Assembly (NCBI GenBank): GCA_027492205.1
Contig: JAOZFN010000017.1
Location: 1 to 64,000 of the forward strand
Reading direction: 5' to 3'
DNA: 64,000 bases
Source of the DNA: Thermoproteota archaeon
Lineage (GTDB): Archaea; Korarchaeota; Korarchaeia; Korarchaeales; Korarchaeaceae
Positions 1 through 8,889 of this stretch are shown in pieces. The first letter of the stretch is position 1; every line of letters begins with the position of its first letter. The notes beneath the pieces were generated by a model that saw only the letters and a program-made list of their open reading frames with translations, was not told the DNA's origin and searched no databases. The position numbers and the translations under genes are program-made.

Positions 1-7
1 AGGTCGG

Positions 8-694
8 ATGAGGGAGCACGACAGGAAGTTCAACGAGATACTCGAGGAGCTCAGGAGGCTGAGGGAGGGGCAGGCGGAGCACTCCAGCAGGCTCGAGGAG
101 CACGACAGGAAGTTCAACGAGATACTCGAGGAGCTCAGGGCCCACAGGCGCCTGCTGGAGGCGCACGAGAGGAGGTTCGAGGGCATAGAGGCCAGGCTGG
201 AGGAGCACGACAGGAAGTTCAACGAGATACTCGAGGAGCTCAGGAGGCTGAGGGAAGACTTCCAGAAGCTTGACATGAGGGTCGAGGTCACCATAGGGAG
301 CATGGGCAGGAGGTGGGGCAGGGACCTGGAGAGGACCACGCTTGAGATCTTCAGGGAGGTGCTGGAGAGGGAGGGGATAGAGCCGGGGAGGGTCAGAAAG
401 TTCAGGTACAGGGATGCAGACGGGGAGTACACGGGCAGGCCAGGATCCGTAATTGACGTTGACATCCTGATCGAGGACCAAAGGCTCTACGTTGTGGAGG
501 TAAAGTCCAGTGCCGAGCTGGACCACGTGGAGAGGCTCGCCGACAAGGTCCCCATCGTGGAGAGGATACTGAACAGGAAGGTGGATCGTGTTTACTTGGT
601 GGCCGTCAACGTGGACGACGATGCCTTGGAGAGGGCTAAGGAACTTGGGTTCAGGGTCATCTACGGTAATGTAATAAGGCTGGAGGGCGGTTAA
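8..694 (+). CDS. Archaeal coiled-coil repeat protein with C-terminal PD-(D/E)XK nuclease-like domain (DUF3782-like); may be 5'-truncated by the window edge
   Basis: Repeated EHDRKFNEILEELR heptads, then G-x-RWG and IDVDILI...VVEVKS nuclease-like motif; frame stays open upstream of position 8. Confidence 0.75.
   Translation: MREHDRKFNEILEELRRLREGQAEHSSRLEEHDRKFNEILEELRAHRRLLEAHERRFEGIEARLEEHDRKFNEILEELRRLREDFQKLDMRVEVTIGSMGRRWGRDLERTTLEIFREVLEREGIEPGRVRKFRYRDADGEYTGRPGSVIDVDILIEDQRLYVVEVKSSAELDHVERLADKVPIVERILNRKVDRVYLVAVNVDDDALERAKELGFRVIYGNVIRLEGG
14..244 (+). repeat. Three exact 42-bp intragenic repeats
   Basis: GAGCACGACAGGAAGTTCAACGAGATACTCGAGGAGCTCAGG at 14-55, 98-139 and 203-244. Confidence 0.9.
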
Positions 695-763
695 GGGTGG
701 AGGAGATCCCGGGAGGTGGAGGACGGGGCCGCCCGCGGGTAGGGGCCTCTCCCATTGGTCCTG

Positions 764-1336
764 CTAATCACCCTCTAGCCCCAGCTCGCGGAGCCTCTCC
801 TCTATCTGCCTCAGGCGCTCCTCTATCCAGCGCTTCTGCTCCTTCAAGAGGCGAATCTCTTCCTCCCTGGGGACCGCCCCAGTTGGAATGGGGGCCGGCG
901 GTGGAGGGATCGGCGGAAGCGGCTGAGGCAGCGGGGCGGGAACGCCGAGGGGGAAGGTCGTCGGCACCGGCGGGGGCGGCCTGACCGGAGGCGGCGCTAC
1001 CCTTGGCCCCCCCTGCAGGTAGGCCTCAACCGCGTCCCTGACCCTCATCCCGGCGTACCCAGAGACCGGCCGTATCCCGAGGCCCATCAGGGCCTGAACG
1101 GCGTTGATTCCGAAGTCCCCCGCTATGGCTACCTGAGCGCCGAGGCTGGCGACGAACTGAGCGGCCGAGGGCCCGGCCGCGCTCGGCGCGTCGGCATACG
1201 GGTTGGAGTGGGACGTCGCCCCAGAGATCCGGCCCTCGACCACCTCCACCAGCACGAAGTAGGGGGCCCTCCCAAACGTGTAGGACACTATGGCGTCCAG
1301 CCCCTCGGGACCCTCCGCGGCGACCGCCACCCTCAC
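764..1336 (-). CDS. NifB/NifX family (COG1433-like) protein with Pro-rich linker and C-terminal coiled coil
   Basis: MRVAVA...FGRAPYFVLVE...NP...AGDFGINA...GI motifs; tail EEEIRLLKEQKRWIEERLRQIEERLREL. Confidence 0.85.
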   Translation of the reverse strand: MRVAVAAEGPEGLDAIVSYTFGRAPYFVLVEVVEGRISGATSHSNPYADAPSAAGPSAAQFVASLGAQVAIAGDFGINAVQALMGLGIRPVSGYAGMRVRDAVEAYLQGGPRVAPPPVRPPPPVPTTFPLGVPAPLPQPLPPIPPPPAPIPTGAVPREEEIRLLKEQKRWIEERLRQIEERLRELGLEGD

Positions 1337-1337
1337 C

Positions 1338-1823
1338 TCAGATGCCCCCCTCGAGCTCCCTGAGTCGCCTGTCGATCTCCTCCAGCTGCCTCCTCAGGTA
1401 GTCGCGCTCCCTCAGCAGGGAGTCCATGTCAGTCGGGAGCGGCGCCGAGGATGGTGAGGTCGGGGTAGCCGGGAGGATCCCCGGAAACGGGAACGAGGGC
1501 GCCGCCGGGAGGCCCGCCACGCCAGCGCCGTAGACCTGCCACGCGTGGACCAGCCTGCCGTCTGGGGTAACGTAGAACGCGAAGGGGCCCAGCCCGCTCC
1601 TGCAGGGGCCGACGTAGTAGTAGCCCCTAGACGCGGCGGAGCTTATCAGGGGCCAGCCGAGCATCGCTCCCCAGCCCGGGCCGCCCCAACTCCATCCACG
1701 GCCCCAGCCGGGTCCTCCCCATCCTCTGCCCCATCCGAATCCGGCTCCGAACCCCCAGCCTCCCCTTCCCCTACCTCTCCTACCCCTGCCGTAGCCGTAC
1801 CCACCCCAGCCGAACCACCCCAT
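1338..1823 (-). CDS. DUF5320-like Gly/Arg/Trp-rich protein with C-terminal coiled coil
   Basis: GRGRRGRGRGGWG repeats, YVGPCRSGLGP motif, tail LLRERDYLRRQLEEIDRRLRELE; start placed after GAGGTGA RBS (ORF track starts at 1856). Confidence 0.7.
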   Translation of the reverse strand: MGWFGWGGYGYGRGRRGRGRGGWGFGAGFGWGRGWGGPGWGRGWSWGGPGWGAMLGWPLISSAASRGYYYVGPCRSGLGPFAFYVTPDGRLVHAWQVYGAGVAGLPAAPSFPFPGILPATPTSPSSAPLPTDMDSLLRERDYLRRQLEEIDRRLRELEGGI

Positions 1824-1890
1824 GGGCATCACCTCAAGTGTAACATTGTTACCCATTGGTGGCGTAAAAATGTTGCGGCCGGGGGAGGGG

Positions 1891-2184
1891 TCAGGACTCG
1901 CCCTCCAGCGTCCTGAGCCGCCTCTCCACCTCCTCCAGCTGCCTCTTCAGGTAGTCGCGCTCCCTCTCCAGAGCCTCTCTTGTAGAGTACCCGGCGGGAG
2001 GCACCCACGAAAACGGCCAGAACCACGGAACGGGTGGGAGGTACTGAGGCCAGTGCTGGCTCAGCAGCGGGAGCCAGAAGAACCACCAGCACCAGCCTCT
2101 ACCTCTGCCCCTCCCCCAGCCCCACCACCAAAACCACCAGGGCCACCAGTATGCCGAGCCGGAGGTCGGGTACCACTGAGACAT
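1891..2184 (-). CDS. DUF5320-like Trp-rich small protein with C-terminal coiled coil
   Basis: WWPWWFWWWGWGRGRGRGW core; tail LERERDYLKRQLEEVERRLRTLE paralogous to the neighbouring gene. Confidence 0.65.
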   Translation of the reverse strand: MSQWYPTSGSAYWWPWWFWWWGWGRGRGRGWCWWFFWLPLLSQHWPQYLPPVPWFWPFSWVPPAGYSTREALERERDYLKRQLEEVERRLRTLEGES

Positions 2185-2228
2185 GGGCATCACTCCCCCC
2201 TATAGGTAACATCACTATCCATATTGTG

Positions 2229-2240
2229 ACTATTTATAGT
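2229..2240. promoter_or_regulatory. Palindromic TATA element between divergent genes
   Basis: ACTATTTATAGT reads TTTATA on + (about 27-32 nt before the PadR ATG) and TATAAATA on -. Confidence 0.55.
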
Positions 2241-2263
2241 TCGCCCAGGGGAAGGGGCCTGAG

Positions 2264-2617
2264 ATGGGAAGGAGGTGGAGGTGGGGGGCCCGGAGTGCTG
2301 GCCTCTACGGCCTGTACCCGACCCTGGTGCTCCTGATGATCTCTAAAGGGCACACCCATGGATACGAGATCAAGAGGAGGATCGAAGAACTCACGGGCTC
2401 CCCCCTCCCCGAAGGCTTCATCTACGTGACCCTTCGGCGCCTCGAGGCGTCGGGGTTGGTCGTCTCGGCGCTGGTTCCCGGAGACCCGAGGGGCAAGAGG
2501 GTGTATCAGCTCACGCCAGCCGGTTGGCAGGTCCTGTCGGCGAGGCTGGCGGAGCTCAGGGCCATGAAGGGGTTCATCGACGCCGTCTTGAGGTTCTATG
2601 AGTCGGGAGAGGTGTAA
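2264..2617 (+). CDS. PadR family transcriptional regulator
   Basis: HGYEIKRRI...G-x-IY-x-TLRRLE-x-x-GLV...KRVYQLTPAG. Confidence 0.9.
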   Translation: MGRRWRWGARSAGLYGLYPTLVLLMISKGHTHGYEIKRRIEELTGSPLPEGFIYVTLRRLEASGLVVSALVPGDPRGKRVYQLTPAGWQVLSARLAELRAMKGFIDAVLRFYESGEV

Positions 2618-2675
2618 GTGCCGCCTCTCCCGGCTTACACGACCGCCATTTCGGTCCTTGAATCCCTCCAGTGGA

Positions 2676-3947
2676 TTAACTCTGAATAACCACCGAGACG
2701 GGCCTCCCGTTGACGACGATCGTCCACTCGCCGGGCTCCAACGGGCCGATCTGAAGCGTCGTCGTTATGACACCGACGCACTGAATGCAGATGACCGGCT
2801 TCCTCTCAAGCGCCAGGGTGACCTCCACGGCCCTGCTCGACGCGGAGACCGAGACTGAGGAGATCACGTGGAACGCGCAGGGGTTCGGCCCGCCCTCCCG
2901 GTACGTGACGAACGCGTACTCCCCCTCGGCGGAAGCCTCGACGCCCATCCCCTCGCCGACCGCACAGCTCCCCGAACTCGAGACGATCCTCACGCAGACC
3001 CCGCCGGGACACGCCAGAGCGGACGCGAGCCTCTCTGGCCACCCCTGCGAGATGAACTCCCCCACCGCCCCCTTGGTCTCCCAGCGGTCCGCGCCGGCCA
3101 GGACAACGATGGTCACACCGCCGACCGACTCCACTTGGACCAGCCTAGGGGTTTCCCCAGTCGCGAGCTCCTGGGCCGCGGTCGGGCCCACGAAGGGCGA
3201 CACGGCGGGGCCGGTGCCCGGGGCCAGGTGACCGCCGAGGAATATCACAATCGGGTACCTGAGAAGCGCCTCTGCGGCCCTCTCAGGAGGAAGTAGGACC
3301 GTGTTGAGGCCGGCGCTCTCGAAGGCGCTCCTGAGGAGCGGGTAGCTTATGTTGGCATCTATCTCGTTAGCCACGACGGCAGCGACGCCGACCCACAGTG
3401 ACGGGAGTGTGGGGGCCACGCCTAACGGTCCGCCGCACCTCCATACGCGGACCTTCTCCCTGATCTCCAGGCCCAGCTCAAGCTCTGCCCACCTCACAAC
3501 GGCCTCTGGAGGAGACTCGTTGTTGGGCGACCCCAGGGGGCCGACCACCAGGGTCCTGGGATCCAGGACCCCAACGGAGGCCAGGATCGAAGTGGCCAGC
3601 CTGAGCCACCCGGCGTCGAGGTCCGTCGAGGTCTCGGAGAGGACGAGCGTCGCCTGCTCCCCAGCGATGAGGTAGGCCCTGAGGGGCCTGCCATCCGGCC
3701 AGCGCCCAACCACGAACTCCACGGCCCTAAGCCTCAGGACGCCGCCCGCGTAGGGGAAGGTCGCGTCAACGCTGTTGGCCCTCACCCCTGACTCCCTCAG
3801 GGCTTCCAGGGCGCGCTCCAAGTCAACGGCCGCCGAGAAGATCGATCCCACGTATCCTCCCGTGGGGGGGCACGCGAGCGACGGAATCGACTGCGGGGCG
3901 AGGACCAGCGGGATGAGCAGAGCGGCGATCGCGGCTCTCCGTGGCAC
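2676..3947 (-). CDS. Secreted/surface protein with cell-wall-binding-2/S-layer-like motif and PrcB-like C-terminal domain
   Basis: Signal-like N-terminus RRAAIAALLIPLVLA; IFLGG...VLAGADRWET; C-terminal GGPNPC...ICIQCVG...LEPGEWTIVVNG. Confidence 0.55.
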   Translation of the reverse strand: MPRRAAIAALLIPLVLAPQSIPSLACPPTGGYVGSIFSAAVDLERALEALRESGVRANSVDATFPYAGGVLRLRAVEFVVGRWPDGRPLRAYLIAGEQATLVLSETSTDLDAGWLRLATSILASVGVLDPRTLVVGPLGSPNNESPPEAVVRWAELELGLEIREKVRVWRCGGPLGVAPTLPSLWVGVAAVVANEIDANISYPLLRSAFESAGLNTVLLPPERAAEALLRYPIVIFLGGHLAPGTGPAVSPFVGPTAAQELATGETPRLVQVESVGGVTIVVLAGADRWETKGAVGEFISQGWPERLASALACPGGVCVRIVSSSGSCAVGEGMGVEASAEGEYAFVTYREGGPNPCAFHVISSVSVSASSRAVEVTLALERKPVICIQCVGVITTTLQIGPLEPGEWTIVVNGRPVSVVIQS

Positions 3948-4035
3948 ACTCAATAGTCCATCTTGGGCGATAAAAGGGAAGCGGGTCTGGTGCGAGGGTC
4001 GTCGCACCAGACTAGTGGGGCGCCCGGGCGAAAGA

Positions 4036-6108
4036 TCACCCGGAGACGGGGAACCTGGCCACCTGCCTCACCTCCGGGGGCTCCACCTCCCCGTCCCCGT
4101 CGTAGTCCCTCCACTCTATCACGGACCCATAACCGCCCGTCAGCCATCCGTAGTGTGAGTTCAGCCAGATGGCCGCCGCCCTGGTCCCGTACCTCGTGAG
4201 GCCCATCGCGGCGTAGACCCTGTTGCCAGCCTCGTCCACGTAGGAGAAGGCCACGGCGTAGTCCCGCGCGCCCCAGTCTGACCCGTTCACCCTCCACGTC
4301 TGCTCGATGGAGGCGACCCTCATCACCAGGTACCCACCCTCCCTGTAGAAGAGCACCCTCGCCCTTCTGGCCGCCTCGGCCCCGAGCTCGTGGGCGAACG
4401 GGCCCCCGAGGATCACGTAGTCGCCGTCGGCTGGCACCTGCGACGTTATCGAGGCGCCCCTCGAGCTGGCCAGCGCGAGGGCCGCCTCCATGTCCGCCGG
4501 AGAGGGGGAGAGCACGTACCTGAACGGGGGAGGCTGGGGAGTCGGCGGCGGGGTCGTCGAGGGCGGGGCCCCCTCTTGAGAGCGGTAGGTGCACCCGCAG
4601 TACCTCACCGGGACGTGGGTGCCGGGCGACCAGCTCTTGACCTCAAGGGTCCTCGGCGAGTGGGTGGAGGAGATGGCCAGGTACCCGAGGGAGGCCTGCA
4701 GCTCGCACCCTCCCACGGGCACGCAGAACCCCTCGGTCACCCTGTAGATGCCGAACCTTCCCCAGCTCGTACAGTTCACCCCGCAGCAGGTCTCTCTCGG
4801 AGAGACGGACGTCACCTCTATTGCGGTGAGCGCGTAGACGTCTCCTCCGTACTCCCTCTCCTCCCCGACCCCCCAGGTGCCGTTCTCGAACACCGCGTAC
4901 CACGCCGGGTCGTGGACCTCGACGGGATCCCCGTACGCCCAGGTATACGAGGTGACCCCGTGGATCCTCCCGAGGGCCCCCCAAGTCGCGGCCCTGACGG
5001 CGAAGGGGCCCCTCCTGACGCCGTCCAGGATCACGTAGCCGACGAAGTAGGGGCCGTCGGAGGCGTACTGGATCCACCAGTCGAAATCCGAGGTCGGAGA
5101 GTCAGAGGGCCAGCTCTCCTCAAGGTCGGTCACGTCCGGGTAGCCATCTCCGTCGAGGTCGACCCTCTCGAACGCCTGGACGTCTATCCACGGGCTGCTG
5201 AGGAGGACCTCCAAGTAGTCCTGATCCGCGTCCACCCGGTAGACGTGGAGGAAGAATATCATCGGCACCGGCTGGCCGCCGAACCGGACGGGGGACGAGA
5301 GCCTGTTCCCGCCGAGGTCTTCGTAGTATAAGAAGAGCCTGTTCACGGTGCCGTCCGGCTGAGACGAGTACTCCAGGTTGAGAATGGTCACCGGGGAGAG
5401 TGACTCGTCCAAGATCACGAACTGGGCGCCGGTGTCGGAGACGCTCCTGACCTCGAGCCAGTAGCCCAAGAACTGGACAAAGTACCTGTCCCCCTCCCTC
5501 AGGATCGCCGTCGACGAGCCCGACGGGGCGAAGGTCAGGAAGAAGCCCGGCCTGTTGAGGGAGTACTCTACGTCCACCCCTGAGTAGATGTCGGTGGCGT
5601 TAACCTCGGCGTCGGCCGTCGTCCCTCCCCTGTAGAAGTCGGAGTCGCCGTACCTCACCACGACCTCCTCGTAGGTGACCGCGGGGGTGTCTGCGTCGTT
5701 GTATGACTCTATCCAGGTCACCCCGTCCAGGGTCGCCGCCCGCGTGTCGGAGGGGAGGGAGCCCAGCTTGGAGGCCGAGCTGTAGACGATCACCGGATAC
5801 CTGCATGTCTCCCCGCCCAGGCCCGGGCACACGGGACACGTGGGCACCTCCCTCTCCTCGATCCTCAGGTCCCTGGGGACCATGAGGTAGTCCGGCTCGG
5901 TGGGGTCGCCGAGCGGGTAGGCCAGCTGTTGCGGGTAGCTTGAGGAGAAGGGAGGGGTCGCCGTCCCGGATGACAGGCCGAACCAGAGCCCCACCCCAGA
6001 TGGGATCTCGTGGACGCCGCAGGGGGTGGTGGGGCTCGTCTGGGCGGGGGCCGGAGGGGTGGCAGCGGTCAGCGCCAGCACTCCGATGACCGCCCACGCG
6101 CGCCTCAT
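4036..6108 (-). CDS. Large secreted Cys-containing surface protein with S-layer-like C-terminal domain
   Basis: Signal peptide MRRAWAVIGVLALTAA; Pro/Thr linker; C-terminal VILGGPFAH...DYAV...AMGLTRYGTRAAA; DxDGDG Ca-binding-like loops. Confidence 0.6.
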   Translation of the reverse strand: MRRAWAVIGVLALTAATPPAPAQTSPTTPCGVHEIPSGVGLWFGLSSGTATPPFSSSYPQQLAYPLGDPTEPDYLMVPRDLRIEEREVPTCPVCPGLGGETCRYPVIVYSSASKLGSLPSDTRAATLDGVTWIESYNDADTPAVTYEEVVVRYGDSDFYRGGTTADAEVNATDIYSGVDVEYSLNRPGFFLTFAPSGSSTAILREGDRYFVQFLGYWLEVRSVSDTGAQFVILDESLSPVTILNLEYSSQPDGTVNRLFLYYEDLGGNRLSSPVRFGGQPVPMIFFLHVYRVDADQDYLEVLLSSPWIDVQAFERVDLDGDGYPDVTDLEESWPSDSPTSDFDWWIQYASDGPYFVGYVILDGVRRGPFAVRAATWGALGRIHGVTSYTWAYGDPVEVHDPAWYAVFENGTWGVGEEREYGGDVYALTAIEVTSVSPRETCCGVNCTSWGRFGIYRVTEGFCVPVGGCELQASLGYLAISSTHSPRTLEVKSWSPGTHVPVRYCGCTYRSQEGAPPSTTPPPTPQPPPFRYVLSPSPADMEAALALASSRGASITSQVPADGDYVILGGPFAHELGAEAARRARVLFYREGGYLVMRVASIEQTWRVNGSDWGARDYAVAFSYVDEAGNRVYAAMGLTRYGTRAAAIWLNSHYGWLTGGYGSVIEWRDYDGDGEVEPPEVRQVARFPVSG

Positions 6109-6186
6109 CGGGAGTCGGGGGGATGGGCTGGTAATAATACCCCCGAGCCAGGGGTCGTCGAGGCGGACGCCCGACATCGGCGGGCG

Positions 6187-7107
6187 TCAAACGATGACCT
6201 CCCAGGCGGACGACAGCCTGAGCGCGGCCAACGCCGGTCTGGCGACTCCCCTCTCGCTCGATCGAGCCATCTCCTGGATGCTGCCGACGTCTGCAGTCCG
6301 ACCTGCGAGCACGTCGGACAGCGCCTGGCAGCTGGACCTATCGGGATCGTTATTTAGGGCCCTCCTGACCTCGACGGCGGCGCCCAAGAGCCAGAGCCCC
6401 AAGAGTTCGCCTCTTATGAGTTCCTCTGCGCCCAGCCGCGCGGCCTCCTCCACGTCGGCATCCTCCAGGGAGGCCATGGCTCTGAAGGCCTCCACCAGAT
6501 CGGGGCGGTCCGCGGCGGCCTTCCGGGCCGGCAGCCCCCTGAGCTCCAGGCCGGCCAGCCTCAGGTAGTCCCGAGGGTAGCTGCAGAGGAGCCCGTGGCC
6601 GGCGCCGGCCCAGCCGGCTGCCACCTCCAGCTCCGCCAGACCCGTCTCCTGACAGACCGAGGCGGCGGCCAGGCAGCGAAGGAGCCTTGGGAGGATCTCT
6701 CGCGCGGCCTCCTCGCCCAGCTCGGACCTGACCGACACCTTCCCGGTGATGAAGACGTTCACCCTCAAGTCGGCGCTCTCTCCTATCACCATCTGCCCCC
6801 TAAGGGCGGTCCTCGTCCTCAGACCCAGGGCGGGGAGCGTCAGCGAGGCGGCCTCGTGATCCAGCGGCCTGAACCTGGCGCCCTCCGGGGAGAGGGAGAG
6901 GACCACCTCCGCCAGGGCGGGCCTGGACGGACACGGCCTGACCACCCTGAGCCTGGCGGGCCTGGCTATCCAGGGGGGGCCGATCGAGGGCCTGGCGAAC
7001 GGGCACTCCACGTCCCGCCCTCCCAGCTCCATGTGGCGCGCGGCCGAAGAGCACGACGGAAACCCGCAGAGGCCGCAATCGTAGCCCGGAAGACCCACCC
7101 AGCTCAT
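6187..7107 (-). CDS. Putative Fe-S-binding protein (FeS domain, COG4871-like)
   Basis: N-terminal LPGYDCGLCGFPSC...CPF cluster motif, plus RPCP and VFITGKVSVR. Confidence 0.65.
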   Translation of the reverse strand: MSWVGLPGYDCGLCGFPSCSSAARHMELGGRDVECPFARPSIGPPWIARPARLRVVRPCPSRPALAEVVLSLSPEGARFRPLDHEAASLTLPALGLRTRTALRGQMVIGESADLRVNVFITGKVSVRSELGEEAAREILPRLLRCLAAASVCQETGLAELEVAAGWAGAGHGLLCSYPRDYLRLAGLELRGLPARKAAADRPDLVEAFRAMASLEDADVEEAARLGAEELIRGELLGLWLLGAAVEVRRALNNDPDRSSCQALSDVLAGRTADVGSIQEMARSSERGVARPALAALRLSSAWEVIV

Positions 7108-7164
7108 GGCTCCATTGGCGAGGGGGTTGGCACATTTTTAACGCCAGCCCGCCGCGCGGGCCCG

Positions 7165-8844
7165 ATGACAGAGGCCGCCCTAGACTTCTTGAGGGCACAG
7201 GGGCCGCTGATCCACCTGGGGATTGCCTCCGCCCTCGCCCTTGCGTACGCCAAGAGGAGGTCCATCGTCATCCTGCCTGCCGTGATGTTCGCCTCCCTGA
7301 TCTCTCTCCTCCTCGGGGTCGAAGCCCACGAGAGCCTGCTGGCCATAGCGCCCATAGCGGCGGCCCTGATAGTGTTCATCGCCGGCCTGGAGCTGGACAT
7401 CGAGGTGTTCATCGCCGAGAAGGAGAGGCTCTTCCTCATGTTCACGATAGAGGCCGCAATACTCCTGAGCCTTCTGTACCTCCTCGCAACCAGCTTTGAG
7501 GGACCCACGCCCTTCGCTGTGATAGCCCTGATGATAGCCTCCAACGAGTACTTCGTCCTAGAGCTGAAGAAGCTGGGGAAGGAGAGGATCGCCAACGTGG
7601 GGATAGCCCTCTCGGTCATGGAGGACTCCCTCGCGGTGGCCCTGGTCTCGTTCGGGGTATTGGCCGGAGGGGGTGAGCTCACCTCCATAAGGCCGGAGGT
7701 GATAGACCTCCTGGCGATCACCGCCCTCCTGGTGCCGATCCTCTACCTGGCCGCGAAGCCCTTCGACAGGTTCCTGAAGGCCACCGACAGGCTCGACGCC
7801 AGGGTGCTGACAACCCTGCTCTACCTGTTCCTCCTGATCTCTATAGGGCACAGCCTCCACGTGCCCGAGGCGATCCCGGTCTTCATAGGCTCGATAATGC
7901 TCTCTCTCGGTGGTTTCGACAGGGAGACCTTCCACGTCGTCGAGGGCTACCTCATGCTGGCGCTCCTGGGCTTTGTCTCCTCGTTCCCCTTCAACCTCCG
8001 CGCCCAGGTGGACCTGGGGACCTTCCTCCTGGCCGTCGCATACGGCCTGATATGGGCGCTCCTCGCCTGCGCGCTCAGGGGGCTCATCCTATTCTCGTCC
8101 GCGATCCTGGCCGGTTTCGAGCCCCAAGACGCTGCCGAGATGGCAATGGTCCTCGCCAACACCGGTGAATTCGGCCTGATAGCCATCGCAGGGATGCTGA
8201 ACCAGCTCCCCCCTGTAGTTGCGCTGGCCGCAATGTTCGCCTACGGCTTTAACCTGACCCTGGTGTCGGAGGTCACGAAGAGGGTCCACGCGTTGGCCGA
8301 GAGGGCTATAGGGGGTCTGCCGCAGGTGGTTAGGTCCTTCCTGGAGGAGATAAGCGAGGGCGCCAACAGGGTCGTGGAGGACGTGGAGTTCAGGCGCTGG
8401 ATGTACGGCTCGCTCTTCAGGCTGGTGGTCATCTACCTGATACTCAGCGCCTCGAAGCTCCTCGTTGCTCAAACCCCCATGCTGCAGTTTTTGCTCACCG
8501 TACTCTCCATGGGGGTCTTCATCTCCACGATCCAGCACACCTACACCTACTTCGAGCGGAGGATAATGACCGTCATAGCCAGGGGGGCGGCCTCCCTGAT
8601 ACTGGCGCTCAGGCTGCTGTTCACGTACCTAGCGCTGGCTCCCGTGATGAGCGTCCTGGAGGGCCTGCTGTTCACGGTCTCAAAGGTGGGCGGGCCCGAG
8701 ATCTCGCTCTCCTCACCCATCGCGATTCTCGGAATGTTCGCCGTCGCGTACCTGATCAACAAGGCGAGCAGGGGTGTCGTGGGGAGGCTGGTTCCGGAGA
8801 GACCGGCGATGAGGGGGGAGCCTCCCCCGGTGAAGCCCACTTGA
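7165..8844 (+). CDS. Cation:proton antiporter (CPA2/Kef-like) with extra C-terminal TM segments
   Basis: FIAGLELD, SVMEDSLAV and NTGEFGLI motifs; many TM helices; ATG at 7165 follows TTTTTAA. Confidence 0.8.
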   Translation: MTEAALDFLRAQGPLIHLGIASALALAYAKRRSIVILPAVMFASLISLLLGVEAHESLLAIAPIAAALIVFIAGLELDIEVFIAEKERLFLMFTIEAAILLSLLYLLATSFEGPTPFAVIALMIASNEYFVLELKKLGKERIANVGIALSVMEDSLAVALVSFGVLAGGGELTSIRPEVIDLLAITALLVPILYLAAKPFDRFLKATDRLDARVLTTLLYLFLLISIGHSLHVPEAIPVFIGSIMLSLGGFDRETFHVVEGYLMLALLGFVSSFPFNLRAQVDLGTFLLAVAYGLIWALLACALRGLILFSSAILAGFEPQDAAEMAMVLANTGEFGLIAIAGMLNQLPPVVALAAMFAYGFNLTLVSEVTKRVHALAERAIGGLPQVVRSFLEEISEGANRVVEDVEFRRWMYGSLFRLVVIYLILSASKLLVAQTPMLQFLLTVLSMGVFISTIQHTYTYFERRIMTVIARGAASLILALRLLFTYLALAPVMSVLEGLLFTVSKVGGPEISLSSPIAILGMFAVAYLINKASRGVVGRLVPERPAMRGEPPPVKPT

Positions 8845-8889
8845 TCCGAACCGTTTTTTAGGCCGCCCCTTCACCTCTTCCCGGATCAG

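Noticed and set aside
14-244. Possible CRISPR array
   Set aside because: The repeats are in-frame coding units with unequal, related spacers; no leader or cas genes.
6595-7164. N-terminal extensions in the ORF track (also 36038-36553, 58545-59117, 61204-61548, 57973-58554, 30744-30956)
   Set aside because: They overlap other real genes; better starts with RBS, TATA or stop-start overlaps lie downstream.
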